NCBI GenBank assembly: GCA_964626315.1
Contig: CAZVDS010000001.1
Coordinates: 1-43,566 of the forward strand
Direction of reading: 5' to 3'
DNA: 43,566 bases
Origin: an uncultured Desulfurellaceae bacterium
Lineage (GTDB): Bacteria > Campylobacterota_A > Desulfurellia > JAGGSF01
Shown here: positions 26,397-37,840 of the stretch, piece after piece
How the letters are laid out: each line of letters starts with the position of its first letter
Numbering within the stretch: the stretch's first letter is position 1
The notes under the pieces: model-generated
Database searches by the model: none
Seen by the model: only the letters and a program-made list of their open reading frames with translations
Told to the model about the DNA's origin: nothing
Translations under genes and position numbers: made by a program

Positions 26397-26947
26397 AAAG
26401 AGTAGAAAGGATTGCGTGGCGTTATGCAAAGTCTTTGGTGAAATTGTGTGAAGATTATAAATACAGCTATGACGATGTTAAAGATGATATGAAAAGTTTA
26501 ATAGAATTATTAGGGAGTAAAAGGAAACTAATGTTTCTGTTAAAATCTCCAATAGTTAGAGAAGATAAAAAGATAGAGGTTTTTTCTAAAGTTTTCCAGT
26601 TGTTGAATATAATAGAAGGACTGCAGAAATTCATTAAATATTTAATAGTAAATCATAGAGAGAATATGTTAGATGATATATATTTTTCTTTTTCTGAGAT
26701 GGTTGACAAAAAGTTGGGTAGGGCAAGAGCCAAGGTGAAATCTGTTATTTCTCTTTCTGGCGAAGAGGAGGCTAAGATTAAACAATATTTGGAAAGCGCT
26801 TTGGGAAAAACAATAGAAATAGAGAGTAGCGTCGATAAAGATATAATCGGAGGAATATGGATTCAAGTAGGAGATGTTGTTTTTGATGGAAGTGTGAAAG
26901 GTTTTCTCTTTCGTTTAAAAGAAAACCTTCTTAATATAGGAATGTGA
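26393..26947 (+). CDS. atpH: F-type ATP synthase subunit delta (OSCP)
   Basis: 184 aa. N-terminus IAWRYAKSL, C-terminal IIGGIWIQVGDVVFDGSV motif, and its position. Confidence 0.85.
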   Translation: MKRVERIAWRYAKSLVKLCEDYKYSYDDVKDDMKSLIELLGSKRKLMFLLKSPIVREDKKIEVFSKVFQLLNIIEGLQKFIKYLIVNHRENMLDDIYFSFSEMVDKKLGRARAKVKSVISLSGEEEAKIKQYLESALGKTIEIESSVDKDIIGGIWIQVGDVVFDGSVKGFLFRLKENLLNIGM

Positions 26948-26958
26948 GAGGTGTTTAG

Positions 26959-28473
26959 ATGCAGATTAAAGCTAGCGAGATAAGTGATATTATTAGAAGA
27001 GAGATAGAAGGAGCGGCTTACGAAGTTGATGTTCAGGAAACAGGCATTGTGCTTTCTGTAGGAGATGGCGTGGCGCGTGTATATGGTTTGAACAATGTTA
27101 TGGCAAATGAGATGGTGGAATTTTCCAACGGCGTATATGGGTTAGCTATGAACTTAGAAGAAGACAACATAGGTATTATTGTGATGGGTGAAGATACAGG
27201 TATAAGGGAAGGAGATATTGTAAAGAGAACAAAACGAATTGTTGAGGTGCCGGTAGGTGAAGAAATGGTGGGGAGAGTGGTAAACGCAATAGGTCAACCT
27301 ATAGATGGTAAAGGATTCATTGATGCAAAACATCATAGAAGGGTGGAGATTAAAGCACCGGCTATTGTGTGGAGAGATCCTGTTTCTGAACCATTACAAA
27401 CCGGCATAAAAGCAATAGATGCGATGATACCTATTGGAAGAGGACAAAGGGAACTTATCATTGGAGACAGACAAGTGGGAAAAACAGCAATTGCTATTGA
27501 TACCATCATTAATCAAAGAGAAACAGATGTTTACTGTATATATGTAGCAATAGGTCAAAAAAGGTCTGCTGTAGCGAGAGTTTGCAAAGTATTAGAAGAA
27601 CATGGTGCAATGGAGTATACTATTGTTATTGCCGCTACAGCATCAGATCCAGCAGCACTTCAGTATCTTGCACCATATGCAGGTGCGACAATGGGGGAAT
27701 ATTTTAGAGATTCGGGTAAACATGCATTAATTATATATGATGATTTAACAAAGCATGCCCAGGCCTATCGTCAAATGGCTTTGCTTTTAAGAAGACCACC
27801 AGGGAGAGAAGCTTATCCTGGCGATGTTTTCTATCTGCATTCTCGTTTATTGGAAAGAGCAGCGAAATTAAGTGCTAAAAAGGGTGGAGGTTCACTTACT
27901 GCTTTGCCAATTATTGAAACGCAAGCCGGTGATGTTTCTGCTTATATTCCTACTAATGTCATATCTATTACCGATGGTCAAATATATCTTGAAACAGACC
28001 TTTTCTATGCAGGTATAAGACCTGCACTTAATGTAGGTATCTCTGTATCCAGAGTAGGAGGAGCAGCTCAAATCAAAGCGATGAAGAGTGTTGCCGGTAC
28101 TTTAAGGTTATTTCTTGCTCAATATAGAGAGATGGCAGCGTTTGCTCAATTTGGCAGCGAATTAGATAAAGTAACACAAGAGCAGTTACACCGAGGTATC
28201 AGGTTAACAGAAATATTGAAACAAGCACAATACAAACCATTGCCAGTAGAAAAACAAATACTTATTATATATGCAGGTGTAAATGGTTATCTAGATACAT
28301 ACCCAGTAGATGCATGTAGAAACTATGAAGAGGAATTGTACAAATTCGTAGATGCTCAATATCCAGATGTTTTGATAGAGATAAAGGAAAAGAAAGCGAT
28401 AGATGATGAATTAAAAGAAAAAATGAACAAGATATTAGAAGAATTTAAAAACATTTTTAAGTTCGAAGAGTGA
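26959..28473 (+). CDS. atpA: F-type ATP synthase subunit alpha
   Basis: P-loop [50 protein letters not shown] and ITDGQIYLE. Confidence 0.97.
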   Translation: MQIKASEISDIIRREIEGAAYEVDVQETGIVLSVGDGVARVYGLNNVMANEMVEFSNGVYGLAMNLEEDNIGIIVMGEDTGIREGDIVKRTKRIVEVPVGEEMVGRVVNAIGQPIDGKGFIDAKHHRRVEIKAPAIVWRDPVSEPLQTGIKAIDAMIPIGRGQRELIIGDRQVGKTAIAIDTIINQRETDVYCIYVAIGQKRSAVARVCKVLEEHGAMEYTIVIAATASDPAALQYLAPYAGATMGEYFRDSGKHALIIYDDLTKHAQAYRQMALLLRRPPGREAYPGDVFYLHSRLLERAAKLSAKKGGGSLTALPIIETQAGDVSAYIPTNVISITDGQIYLETDLFYAGIRPALNVGISVSRVGGAAQIKAMKSVAGTLRLFLAQYREMAAFAQFGSELDKVTQEQLHRGIRLTEILKQAQYKPLPVEKQILIIYAGVNGYLDTYPVDACRNYEEELYKFVDAQYPDVLIEIKEKKAIDDELKEKMNKILEEFKNIFKFEE

Positions 28474-28475
28474 CT

Positions 28476-29342
28476 ATGGCTACCACTAGAGATATTAAAA
28501 GAAAAATTGGCAGCATAGTAAAAACACAACAGATTACGCGAGCAATGAAGATGGTAGCGGCGGCTAAACTAAGAAGGGCACAGGAGGCAGCTTTTCATTT
28601 GAGGTTTTATTCAACAAGGATTGAGGAATTGATGATGGGCTTACTAGAAAGAATGTCTCCAACTTTTCATCCTCTTTCTTATTATAGAGATGTTAAGAAT
28701 GTTGAACTTATTATTATCACTGCGGATAGAGGGTTATGTGGTTCTTTTAATCATAATGTGCTCAAAGAAGCAGAGGACATGATAAAGAATTTTAATAAAG
28801 AGGGAAAGACTGTTTCTCTCAATATTATCGGTCGTCATGGTTATAATTATTTGAAATTTAGAGGATATAGTTTTCGCAAAACTTACATGGATATTTTAGC
28901 AAAAGAGGCGAAATTTACAGACGCAATGAGAATAATGGATGATGTAATGGCTGTATTTTTAAAAGAAAAATTGGATGAAGTTTATTTATTGTATAATAGG
29001 TTTATTAACACATTAGTTCAAAAACCAACGATTAAAAAAGTGCTCCCCTTGAGTTTAGAAGAAGCAGAAAAAAAAGAGGCAGTAGAATATATTTTTGAAC
29101 CATCTAGAGGAGAAGTATTAGAAGCGTTATTTCCCCGTTATGTGTATATTATGTTGTATGGTGCAATGTTGGAATCTTTAGCCAGTGAGCACGCGGCACG
29201 AATGACAGCGATGGATAATGCAACCAAAAATGCAGAAGAGATGATTAGAGTCCTTACATTGTCATTCAATAAAGCGCGACAAATGGCTATTACTAGAGAA
29301 TTGATAGAGATTACTACCAGCAATGAAGCTATGAAACATTGA
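28476..29342 (+). CDS. atpG: F-type ATP synthase subunit gamma
   Basis: MATTRDIKRKIGSIVKTQQITRAMKMVAAAKLRRAQ aligns with the canonical gamma N-terminus. C-terminal NKARQMAITRELIEI. The ORF track's GTG at 28470 (GTGA overlap with atpA) is an alternative start. Confidence 0.93.
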   Translation: MATTRDIKRKIGSIVKTQQITRAMKMVAAAKLRRAQEAAFHLRFYSTRIEELMMGLLERMSPTFHPLSYYRDVKNVELIIITADRGLCGSFNHNVLKEAEDMIKNFNKEGKTVSLNIIGRHGYNYLKFRGYSFRKTYMDILAKEAKFTDAMRIMDDVMAVFLKEKLDEVYLLYNRFINTLVQKPTIKKVLPLSLEEAEKKEAVEYIFEPSRGEVLEALFPRYVYIMLYGAMLESLASEHAARMTAMDNATKNAEEMIRVLTLSFNKARQMAITRELIEITTSNEAMKH

Positions 29343-29351
29343 AAGGAGTAA

Positions 29352-30761
<1,410 letters not shown>

Positions 30762-30764
30762 ATT

Positions 30765-31160
30765 ATGAGATGCACTTTAGTTACACCAGAAAGGGAATTA
30801 TTTTCAGACGATGTAGATTATTTGAGTGCACCAGGTGCTTTGGGTGAATTTGGCATCTTACCGGGCCATGCACCGTTTATCACCTTACTTAAAGCTGGCA
30901 TTGCCCATATAGAGAAGGAAAGTAAGACAAAAAGATTTGCTCTGATTTCTGGTTTTTGTGAAATATTAAATGATAATGTTATTATTCTTGCTGATGAAGC
31001 TTATACTGAGGGTGAAGTGAATAAGGAACAATCAAGGAAAGAATGGGAAGAAGCAAGGATGGAATTAAGTAAATTGAGACCTGATGATCCAAAATATGAC
31101 GAGATAAGAAAAAAGCTGGACAGAGTAAAAGTTCTTGTGGATATAACAGAAGGTAGATGA
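30765..31160 (+). CDS. atpC: F-type ATP synthase subunit epsilon
   Basis: 131 aa. LVTPERELF....V......GALGEFGILPGHAP motif. Last gene of the F1 set. Confidence 0.9.
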   Translation: MRCTLVTPERELFSDDVDYLSAPGALGEFGILPGHAPFITLLKAGIAHIEKESKTKRFALISGFCEILNDNVIILADEAYTEGEVNKEQSRKEWEEARMELSKLRPDDPKYDEIRKKLDRVKVLVDITEGR

Positions 31161-31732
31161 GTTCTATCATAAGCTTTTCACACCTAGGCTGGGTAGCAAT
31201 ATTAGTGCTTATTGTTTTAGGCATTATGTCTATTGTATCCTGGGCAATCATCTTTTATAAATGGGTTTTGTTTAATCGTTTAATAAAAAAGGATAAAGTT
31301 TTCTTAAATCGCTTTTTTCGCAAGAAGGATTTGAGAGGTTTTTCATACAACATAGAGGATAGTTTTCTGTCTGGAATATTCAATATGTCTGAAAATGTAG
31401 GTTTAAAAAGCATAGATATTTTTATCTCTCGCAGACTTGATGAATTAGGCAGTGGTTTATCTTTTATCGCTTCTGTGGGTTCTACCGCGCCATTTATTGG
31501 TTTGTTTGGAACGGTGTGGGGAATAATGAGTGCGTTCAGTAATATAGGAGTGATGGAGTCAGCAAGTATAGTAGTGGTTGCACCTGGTATTTCTGAGGCC
31601 TTATTTACTACCGCCGCTGGACTGTTTGCTGCTGTTCCTGCGGTAATAGGTTATAATATTCTTTCCCATAAGTTATCAATTATTGCTCAATTAGCAGAAG
31701 ATTTCAAAAATATATTAAGAGAACAAAAATAG
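31157..31732 (+). CDS. tolQ: Tol-Pal system protein TolQ (MotA/TolQ/ExbB proton channel)
   Basis: Three TM segments and the conserved C-terminal core STAPFIGLFGTVWGIM..F......PGISEALFTTAAGL. Followed by tolR-tolA-tolB-pal. Confidence 0.85.
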   Translation: MSSIISFSHLGWVAILVLIVLGIMSIVSWAIIFYKWVLFNRLIKKDKVFLNRFFRKKDLRGFSYNIEDSFLSGIFNMSENVGLKSIDIFISRRLDELGSGLSFIASVGSTAPFIGLFGTVWGIMSAFSNIGVMESASIVVVAPGISEALFTTAAGLFAAVPAVIGYNILSHKLSIIAQLAEDFKNILREQK

Positions 31733-32119
31733 ATGTATAGAAGATATAAAAGTTTTTCTGAGATTAATATTACTCCCATGGTGGATGTGGTATTAGTTCT
31801 CTTGATTATTTTTATGGTAACTACTCCTATGCTTATAAAAGGAGTGAAGGTTAATCTACCAGCTGCACACAGCGGTAAAGTGAAATTAGATAAAAAAGAT
31901 ATTGTTATATGTATAAGTAAATCTGGGCGCCTGCTTTTAGATAAAAAGCCCATTACAATAGCTAAGTTGAAAAAAATGTTGGTTAACGACAGATCAAAAA
32001 ATGTGATTATTAAAGCAGATAAAGCAGTTGCTTACGGTGCAGTGATAAAAGTGATAGATACACTCAAGGGGATAAATGTAGAAAATGTTGCTCTGGCAAC
32101 AAAACCTGTTAAGAGATGA
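31733..32119 (+). CDS. tolR: Tol-Pal system protein TolR (ExbD/TolR family)
   Basis: N-terminal SEINITPMVDVVLVLLIIFM with the conserved Asp, periplasmic domain. 128 aa. Confidence 0.85.
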   Translation: MYRRYKSFSEINITPMVDVVLVLLIIFMVTTPMLIKGVKVNLPAAHSGKVKLDKKDIVICISKSGRLLLDKKPITIAKLKKMLVNDRSKNVIIKADKAVAYGAVIKVIDTLKGINVENVALATKPVKR

Positions 32120-32823
32120 AATTTTTCTCTATTGTTCTTTCTTTATGTTTGCATCTTATAGTGATAGTACTATTGGTGCATTTTACCTGCGTTTCACAAA
32201 AGCATGTTTCAAAAGAGGAAAAATTATATAAGGTAAGTCTGGTTTCATTACATGAAAAAAAAGTAAGGAAGGTTACGTATGTTAAGAAGAAACCAACAAA
32301 GAGAACAAAAAGTGTTCCCAAAAAGGTAACAAAGAAAAAAGAAATAGTGACAAAAACTGTTCCTGAGAAGAAGAGCGAGAAAAAAAAGGAAATGGTATTA
32401 TTGGAAAAGGTAAGAGAAGAAATACATTCTAAAAAAATTGAAGAGATGAGGGAAAAGGAAATAGAGAAAAGAAAATCTACTATGAGAGAAGAACTTCAAG
32501 GCGAGGGGGAAAAACAAGAAAAAGTTGGTAGCTACAAAGATTTATTAAAATCGATTATAGAGGAGAACTGGTTTTTGAATAAAGCATTTATAGAAGAAAA
32601 AAATCTTAAGACAATGGTGACTATAAAACTGAGTGATAGTGGAGATGTAAGTGAAAAAAAACTCGAAGAATCATCAGGCAATGATTACTTTGACAGGACT
32701 GTGATGAATGCTATTTCTTATTCTAATCCTTTGCCGTCGGTACCGATAGACTTAAGAGAGAACCATGGTTTACATGTAGAGTTATATTTTACATTGGAAG
32801 AATATGAAAAACTACATAATTAG
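32116..32823 (+). CDS. tolA: TolA-like protein (TonB/TolA C-terminal domain)
   Basis: N-terminal TM anchor, long Lys/Glu-rich linker, and a C-terminal globular domain (...FDRTVMNAISYSNPLP...). Called mainly from its slot between tolR and tolB. Confidence 0.6.
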   Translation: MKFFSIVLSLCLHLIVIVLLVHFTCVSQKHVSKEEKLYKVSLVSLHEKKVRKVTYVKKKPTKRTKSVPKKVTKKKEIVTKTVPEKKSEKKKEMVLLEKVREEIHSKKIEEMREKEIEKRKSTMREELQGEGEKQEKVGSYKDLLKSIIEENWFLNKAFIEEKNLKTMVTIKLSDSGDVSEKKLEESSGNDYFDRTVMNAISYSNPLPSVPIDLRENHGLHVELYFTLEEYEKLHN

Positions 32824-34093
32824 AATCTTGATATTTGTGATTGTATTTTTTTCTTTTACTTCTATTAGTAGAGGAGAAATGAGAATACGAATTACCACCG
32901 CTACTTTAAAACCTACAGTGGTTCTCATGTTCCCTTTTCTTCCAACAACAATTGAGTCTAAACATATAGGCAACAGGCTGGAAGATACAATAGTAGATAA
33001 TTTAAATACTACAGGATATTTTAAAATCATCAGACAATCCACTCCATGCGGATTTTTTACGGATATTGCGGATATAGTGGCAGATAGTGCAGGCAGTGGA
33101 GCAGATTATGTTGTTTTTGGCAGTATTTCAAAAAAAGGTTATAATAATATATTGTTGAGTATGAAGATATTTGATAGGAATAAAGGGGAAATAGTGCTAA
33201 GTCGAATCTATACTTCAAAAAAGGAATATTGCCGCTGGGTTGCTCATAGGGTTTGTGATGAGTTTTTTCAGGTTATCACTGGTAAATACGGACCGTTTGA
33301 AGATAGGTTACTTTTCTCTAAAGGTAACAACAAGTATAAGGAAATTTATGTATCGGATTATGATGGACATGGTGAAAAAAAACTTACAAAATGGAAAACA
33401 ATCAATATATTACCAAAGTGGATTAATAACTCTTCATTCTTTTTTACATCTTATCAAACAGGAAAACCTGCATCATATCTATATAATCTTTTAACAGGTA
33501 AGGTAAAATTATTCTTTAAACATAAAGGTCTAAGTATTACACCTACACCCTTTAAAGACAATCTATATGCTCTTTCTTTAAGTTTTAATGATAACATAGA
33601 TATCTATTTGGTAAATAAGAATGGAAAGATAACCAAGAGACTTACTTTTGATAAGAATATTGATGTTTCTCCTACCTTTTCACCGGATAGAACAAAGATG
33701 ACGTTTGTATCAAAGAGACATGGTAGTCCTCAGATTTTTATTAAAAATTTGAGGACAGGAAGAGTGAGTAGACTTACTTTTGATGGTAGTTACAACACAT
33801 CACCATCATGGTCTCCTACATCCGATTATATTGCTTATGTTTCTGTTCATAGAATGAGTTCAAAATTATGTATTATAAAATCAGATGGAAGCGATAGAAA
33901 AGAATTAGCAGAAGCAAAAGGCATTGATTGTCCTTCATGGTCTCGAGATGGAAGATTTATTTCCTATATCTCTCAAAAAAAAGATAGAAGTTATATTTCT
34001 ATTGTGTGTATAACAACAGGACACAAAAGGGTTGTTTTGGAAACTAATGGGTTGTATAATGGTTTGGATTGGTTAAGTTTAAAAAAGAAATAG
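32804..34093 (+). CDS. tolB: Tol-Pal system beta-propeller protein TolB
   Basis: Signal peptide, TolB N-domain, and repeated propeller blades with P.(F/W)SPD/T motifs (SPTFSPDRTKM, SPSWSPTSDYIAY, CPSWSRDGRFISY). Confidence 0.85.
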   Translation: MKNYIIRILIFVIVFFSFTSISRGEMRIRITTATLKPTVVLMFPFLPTTIESKHIGNRLEDTIVDNLNTTGYFKIIRQSTPCGFFTDIADIVADSAGSGADYVVFGSISKKGYNNILLSMKIFDRNKGEIVLSRIYTSKKEYCRWVAHRVCDEFFQVITGKYGPFEDRLLFSKGNNKYKEIYVSDYDGHGEKKLTKWKTINILPKWINNSSFFFTSYQTGKPASYLYNLLTGKVKLFFKHKGLSITPTPFKDNLYALSLSFNDNIDIYLVNKNGKITKRLTFDKNIDVSPTFSPDRTKMTFVSKRHGSPQIFIKNLRTGRVSRLTFDGSYNTSPSWSPTSDYIAYVSVHRMSSKLCIIKSDGSDRKELAEAKGIDCPSWSRDGRFISYISQKKDRSYISIVCITTGHKRVVLETNGLYNGLDWLSLKKK

Positions 34094-34103
34094 GAGGTAG
34101 AAT

Positions 34104-34640
34104 ATGCGTAAGATAGGAATAGGTATTGTGTGTATTTTATGTATGTTACTTGTTGGTTGTGCAGTAGGTAAAAAACAGGTTGAAGCTCCATCCAAGGTTG
34201 CACCGGAAAAGGCTATATCTCCAGAAGGAGAGGCGGTAGGTGTTCCATCCGTAAGAGAAAAAGCAGTCCTTACACCAGAGGAAATATTTGCCAAAGAGGT
34301 TAAAGAAAGCTTTATAAATATACATTTTGATTTTGACAAATACAACATCAAACCTAATGATATATCTACACTGAATAATATTGTTGCATTTTTAAAGAAA
34401 TATCCGAGTGTGAAGATTAGGATTGAGGGAAATTGTGATGAAAGGGGAACAGAAGAGTATAACCTTGCTTTAGGGCAGAGAAGAGCAAATGCCGCTTTGA
34501 AGTATATTATTGCTCGTGGTATAGCGTCTTCAAGGATAGAAACTGTAAGTTATGGAGAAAGCAAGCCCGTTGATCCTCGTCATTGCGAAGAAGCATGGGC
34601 TAAAAATAGAAATGATCATTTTGTGGTGATTGATAGATGA
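34104..34640 (+). CDS. pal: peptidoglycan-associated lipoprotein Pal (OmpA family)
   Basis: Lipobox LLVGC, and an OmpA-like domain with NIHFDFDKY, GNCDERGTEEYNLALGQRRA and NRNDHFV. AGGAGG precedes the ATG. Confidence 0.9.
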   Translation: MRKIGIGIVCILCMLLVGCAVGKKQVEAPSKVAPEKAISPEGEAVGVPSVREKAVLTPEEIFAKEVKESFINIHFDFDKYNIKPNDISTLNNIVAFLKKYPSVKIRIEGNCDERGTEEYNLALGQRRANAALKYIIARGIASSRIETVSYGESKPVDPRHCEEAWAKNRNDHFVVIDR

Positions 34641-35371
34641 TGCGATTTTTAATCATCTTTATGATGCTGATATTAGGGTTGCCTGTTTTGTCTTATGCAC
34701 AAAATCCTTATGCGCAGGGAGGTGTAAAAGCTCATACAGAACCAGTTGAGGATGTGGGGCAAAGTCAGGCAATCCTCATGCTAAAGTATGGAGAGATATT
34801 GAGTAAAATAGGGGAACTAACAGGGAGGATAAGTGAATTAAGGCACAGTAATGAGTTGTTGCAAAATAAAATTGATAAGATGAATATTAAAATAGTTAAT
34901 CTTGAAAACGAAATAAATGCATTAAAAGGAGGGGTGCATGTTTCTACTCTTCCTAAGGCGCCTGTTGTAAGAGGTGAAGAAAAGAAAGCTTCCTACAAAC
35001 TTGATGCGAAGAAAGCTTATGATGGAGCAAAAGAGATATTTGATACTAAAAAGTATGTGGAAGCAATGACTGCATTTAGAAAATTTGTTAAGAATTTTCC
35101 TGACTCTCATTATGTTTCCAATGCAAAATTTTGGATCGCAGAGTGTTACTATAAATTGGGCGATTATGATAAGGCAATATTGGCTTATGATGAGGTAATA
35201 AACAGTTATCCAAAGAGTATAAAAGTGCCAGATTCTTATTATAAAGAAGGTTTGGCATTTATGGAATTAGGAGATGATATTGATGGGAGGTTTTTGTTAA
35301 AGAAACTTATAAAACTCTATCCCGACTCAATTCAAGCAAGGGAGGCACAAAAGATCTTAGAGAAAAAATGA
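34637..35371 (+). CDS. cpoB: Tol-Pal-associated cell-division coordinator CpoB/YbgF (TPR protein)
   Basis: Signal peptide, coiled-coil segment, and C-terminal TPR repeats (...A.FWIAECYYKLGDYDKAI.AYDEVI..YP.S.KVPDSYYKEG...). Immediately after pal. Confidence 0.8.
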   Translation: MMRFLIIFMMLILGLPVLSYAQNPYAQGGVKAHTEPVEDVGQSQAILMLKYGEILSKIGELTGRISELRHSNELLQNKIDKMNIKIVNLENEINALKGGVHVSTLPKAPVVRGEEKKASYKLDAKKAYDGAKEIFDTKKYVEAMTAFRKFVKNFPDSHYVSNAKFWIAECYYKLGDYDKAILAYDEVINSYPKSIKVPDSYYKEGLAFMELGDDIDGRFLLKKLIKLYPDSIQAREAQKILEKK

Positions 35372-37230
35372 TTCTTGAGCAGATAAACAATCCTCATGAT
35401 CTATGTAGCCTCTCTATAGATGATTTAAACATATTAGCGGAAGAGATAAGAGAATTAATCATAACTATAGTTTCTCAAAACGGTGGACATTTGGCTTCAT
35501 CATTAGGTGCTGTAGAGTTAACCATTGTTCTGCATTATGTTTTTGATACTCCCAAGGATAAGTTAATATGGGATGTGGGACATCAAACCTATGCACATAA
35601 AATTCTCACCGAAAGAAAAAACAGATTTCATACTTTAAGGCAGTATGGCGGAATAAGCGGGTTTCCAAAAACTGAAGAGAGTATATATGATTGTTTTAAT
35701 ACTGGTCATTCCAGCACTTCTATTTCTGCTGGTTTGGGGATGGCAGTAGCCCGTGATCTTAAAGGAACAAACGAAAGCATCATAGCCGTCATAGGAGACG
35801 GAGCATTAAGTGCAGGGCTTGCCTATGAAGGTTTGAACAACGCAGGAATAATAGATACCAATTTGATTGTTGTCTTGAATGACAACAAAATGTCTATTTC
35901 TCCTACAGTAGGTATTATAGCTTATCTTTTGTCAAAAAAAATGTCAGGACCTATTTACAGTGCTTTTAGAAAAGAATTTGAAAAAATGTTAAAAGCGATG
36001 CCGGTTTTTAATGAGCCATTCTTAAAGTTTGCAAAGAAATTAGAAGAACTTTTGAAATTTTTTTCTCCCGGCCTTTTATTTGAAGAATTTGGTTTTAAGT
36101 ATTTTGGGCCGATAAAAGGACATAATATAAGTGAACTTATAGGTATCTTTAATAATGTGAAAAAACTAAGAGGCCCCATTTTAGTGCATGTGATAACCGA
36201 AAAAGGTAAAGGATATGAGCCTGCTGAAAAAAATCCTTCTTCTTTTCACGGTGTGGGAAAATTCAATGTAGAAACGGGAGAAATCCTAAACACAGGTTCT
36301 ACCTATTCTTCATCTTTTGCTGAAGCTTTAATGGATGAATTTGACAAAGACAAGACTGTTGTAGCTATAACTGCAGCTATGCTTACGGGCACCGGTTTGG
36401 ATAGAGTAAAAGAAATCTATCCGGATAGAGTATTTGATGTAGGTATAGCCGAACAGCATGCTGTTACTTTTTCTGCAGGATTAGCTATTAGGGGCATGAA
36501 ACCTATAGTGGTTATATACTCTACATTTTTGCAAAGAGCGTATGACCAGGTGATACATGATGTTGCTTTACAAAGGCTCAATGTAACATTTGCCATAGAT
36601 AGGGCAGGGCTGGTAGGGGAAGATGGAGAAACACATCATGGCGTTTTTGATTTGAGCTATTTAAGAGTTATTCCTCATTTTGTTTTAGCGGTACCAAAGG
36701 ATATAAGGGAATTAAAAAGAATGTTGCATTTGAGTTTGTCCTATAATGGTCCTTTTGCCTTTAGGTATCCTCGAGGTAAAGTTATAGATTTGGGTAAGCA
36801 GTTAGATGAGGAGTTTTCCATTGGCAAAGCACAGATAATAAATAAAGGAAAAGATATAGTGATATTAACTTTAGGAAATATGGTGGAAAAGACTATAGGT
36901 GTTGTGTCTTCTTTAAAAAAAGAAAACATCAATCCTACCTTGGTCAATGTTCGATTTGTTAAGCCCTTAGATGAGGAAACAATTTTAGATGTAACCAGTA
37001 GGGCAAAACTTATAATAATAGCAGAAGAAAATGCATGCATAGGTGGATTAGGCGATGCTATTTTGGAAATTATGTATCGTAATAATATAGATAATAAAAT
37101 AATTAAGCATATTGCTGTACCGGATAGATTTATAAAACATGGAGAAACAGAGGATTTAAGGAAAGAATGCAATATGACTGAAGAATATATATATAATATA
37201 ATAACTAATTGGTATAAAGAGTTTCCATAG
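35368..37230 (+). CDS. dxs: 1-deoxy-D-xylulose-5-phosphate synthase
   Basis: GGHLASSLGAVELT, WDVGHQTYAHKILT, TPP motif GDGALSAG...NDN and AEQHAVTF. 620 aa. Confidence 0.95.
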   Translation: MILEQINNPHDLCSLSIDDLNILAEEIRELIITIVSQNGGHLASSLGAVELTIVLHYVFDTPKDKLIWDVGHQTYAHKILTERKNRFHTLRQYGGISGFPKTEESIYDCFNTGHSSTSISAGLGMAVARDLKGTNESIIAVIGDGALSAGLAYEGLNNAGIIDTNLIVVLNDNKMSISPTVGIIAYLLSKKMSGPIYSAFRKEFEKMLKAMPVFNEPFLKFAKKLEELLKFFSPGLLFEEFGFKYFGPIKGHNISELIGIFNNVKKLRGPILVHVITEKGKGYEPAEKNPSSFHGVGKFNVETGEILNTGSTYSSSFAEALMDEFDKDKTVVAITAAMLTGTGLDRVKEIYPDRVFDVGIAEQHAVTFSAGLAIRGMKPIVVIYSTFLQRAYDQVIHDVALQRLNVTFAIDRAGLVGEDGETHHGVFDLSYLRVIPHFVLAVPKDIRELKRMLHLSLSYNGPFAFRYPRGKVIDLGKQLDEEFSIGKAQIINKGKDIVILTLGNMVEKTIGVVSSLKKENINPTLVNVRFVKPLDEETILDVTSRAKLIIIAEENACIGGLGDAILEIMYRNNIDNKIIKHIAVPDRFIKHGETEDLRKECNMTEEYIYNIITNWYKEFP

Positions 37231-37816
37231 TTATATTATCTTGAGTATTATATGTAGATTCTATAAGAACAGTAAAAGCAGGTTTTTGTTTACTGCCATA
37301 TATGGATTTTAATCTTTTTACACCAAAACGATATTTTCTCAATAAAATAAGAGTATCTACCAATCTTTGGGGAGAGATACATAGATAAAAATAGGATCTA
37401 TCTTTGAGGAGGATAGACGATTCTTTAATAATATTTTCCATTTGTTCAAGAGTGGAGGTGCGAGCAAGTTTTCTTTGCATATAAGGAGAAGGACGACTTT
37501 TCTTTTCATCGAAATAAGGAGGATTACATACTATAAGGTCTACTGTATTGGGGGTGATAAATCTGTGAGCATTTTCTATTAAACATTCAAGAGAAAAGAT
37601 ATTATTTGTCCTTTTTGTATTTATATTCAGTTTTTGGAAATTTTCTTTTTCACATTCTATAGCAAAGATTTTAGATTTTGGAAAGCGAGATGATAAGAGA
37701 ATTGAGATGATACCACAGCCTGCACCTAAATCTACTATGGTTTTATAATCTTTAATTTTCATAAAATTTTCTAAGAGGAAAGGCTCTTCAGAAAATTTAT
37801 ATTTTCCCTGTTGCAT
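37205..37816 (-). CDS. N6-adenine-type SAM methyltransferase (tRNA1(Val) m6A37 TrmN6/YfiC-like)
   Basis: Motif I VDLGAGCGI and catalytic tetrapeptide in LIVCNPPYF. The specific substrate is inferred only by family resemblance. Confidence 0.65.
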   Translation of the reverse strand: MQQGKYKFSEEPFLLENFMKIKDYKTIVDLGAGCGIISILLSSRFPKSKIFAIECEKENFQKLNINTKRTNNIFSLECLIENAHRFITPNTVDLIVCNPPYFDEKKSRPSPYMQRKLARTSTLEQMENIIKESSILLKDRSYFYLCISPQRLVDTLILLRKYRFGVKRLKSIYGSKQKPAFTVLIESTYNTQDNITMETLYTN

Positions 37817-37840
37817 AGAAAGTTTACATAATATAAATTA

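Noticed and set aside
37201-37234. ATAACTA...TAGTTAT inverted repeat at the dxs/methyltransferase overlap, considered as a bidirectional terminator.
   Set aside because: It is only a 7-bp all-A/T-rich stem with a 20-nt loop, too weak to call.
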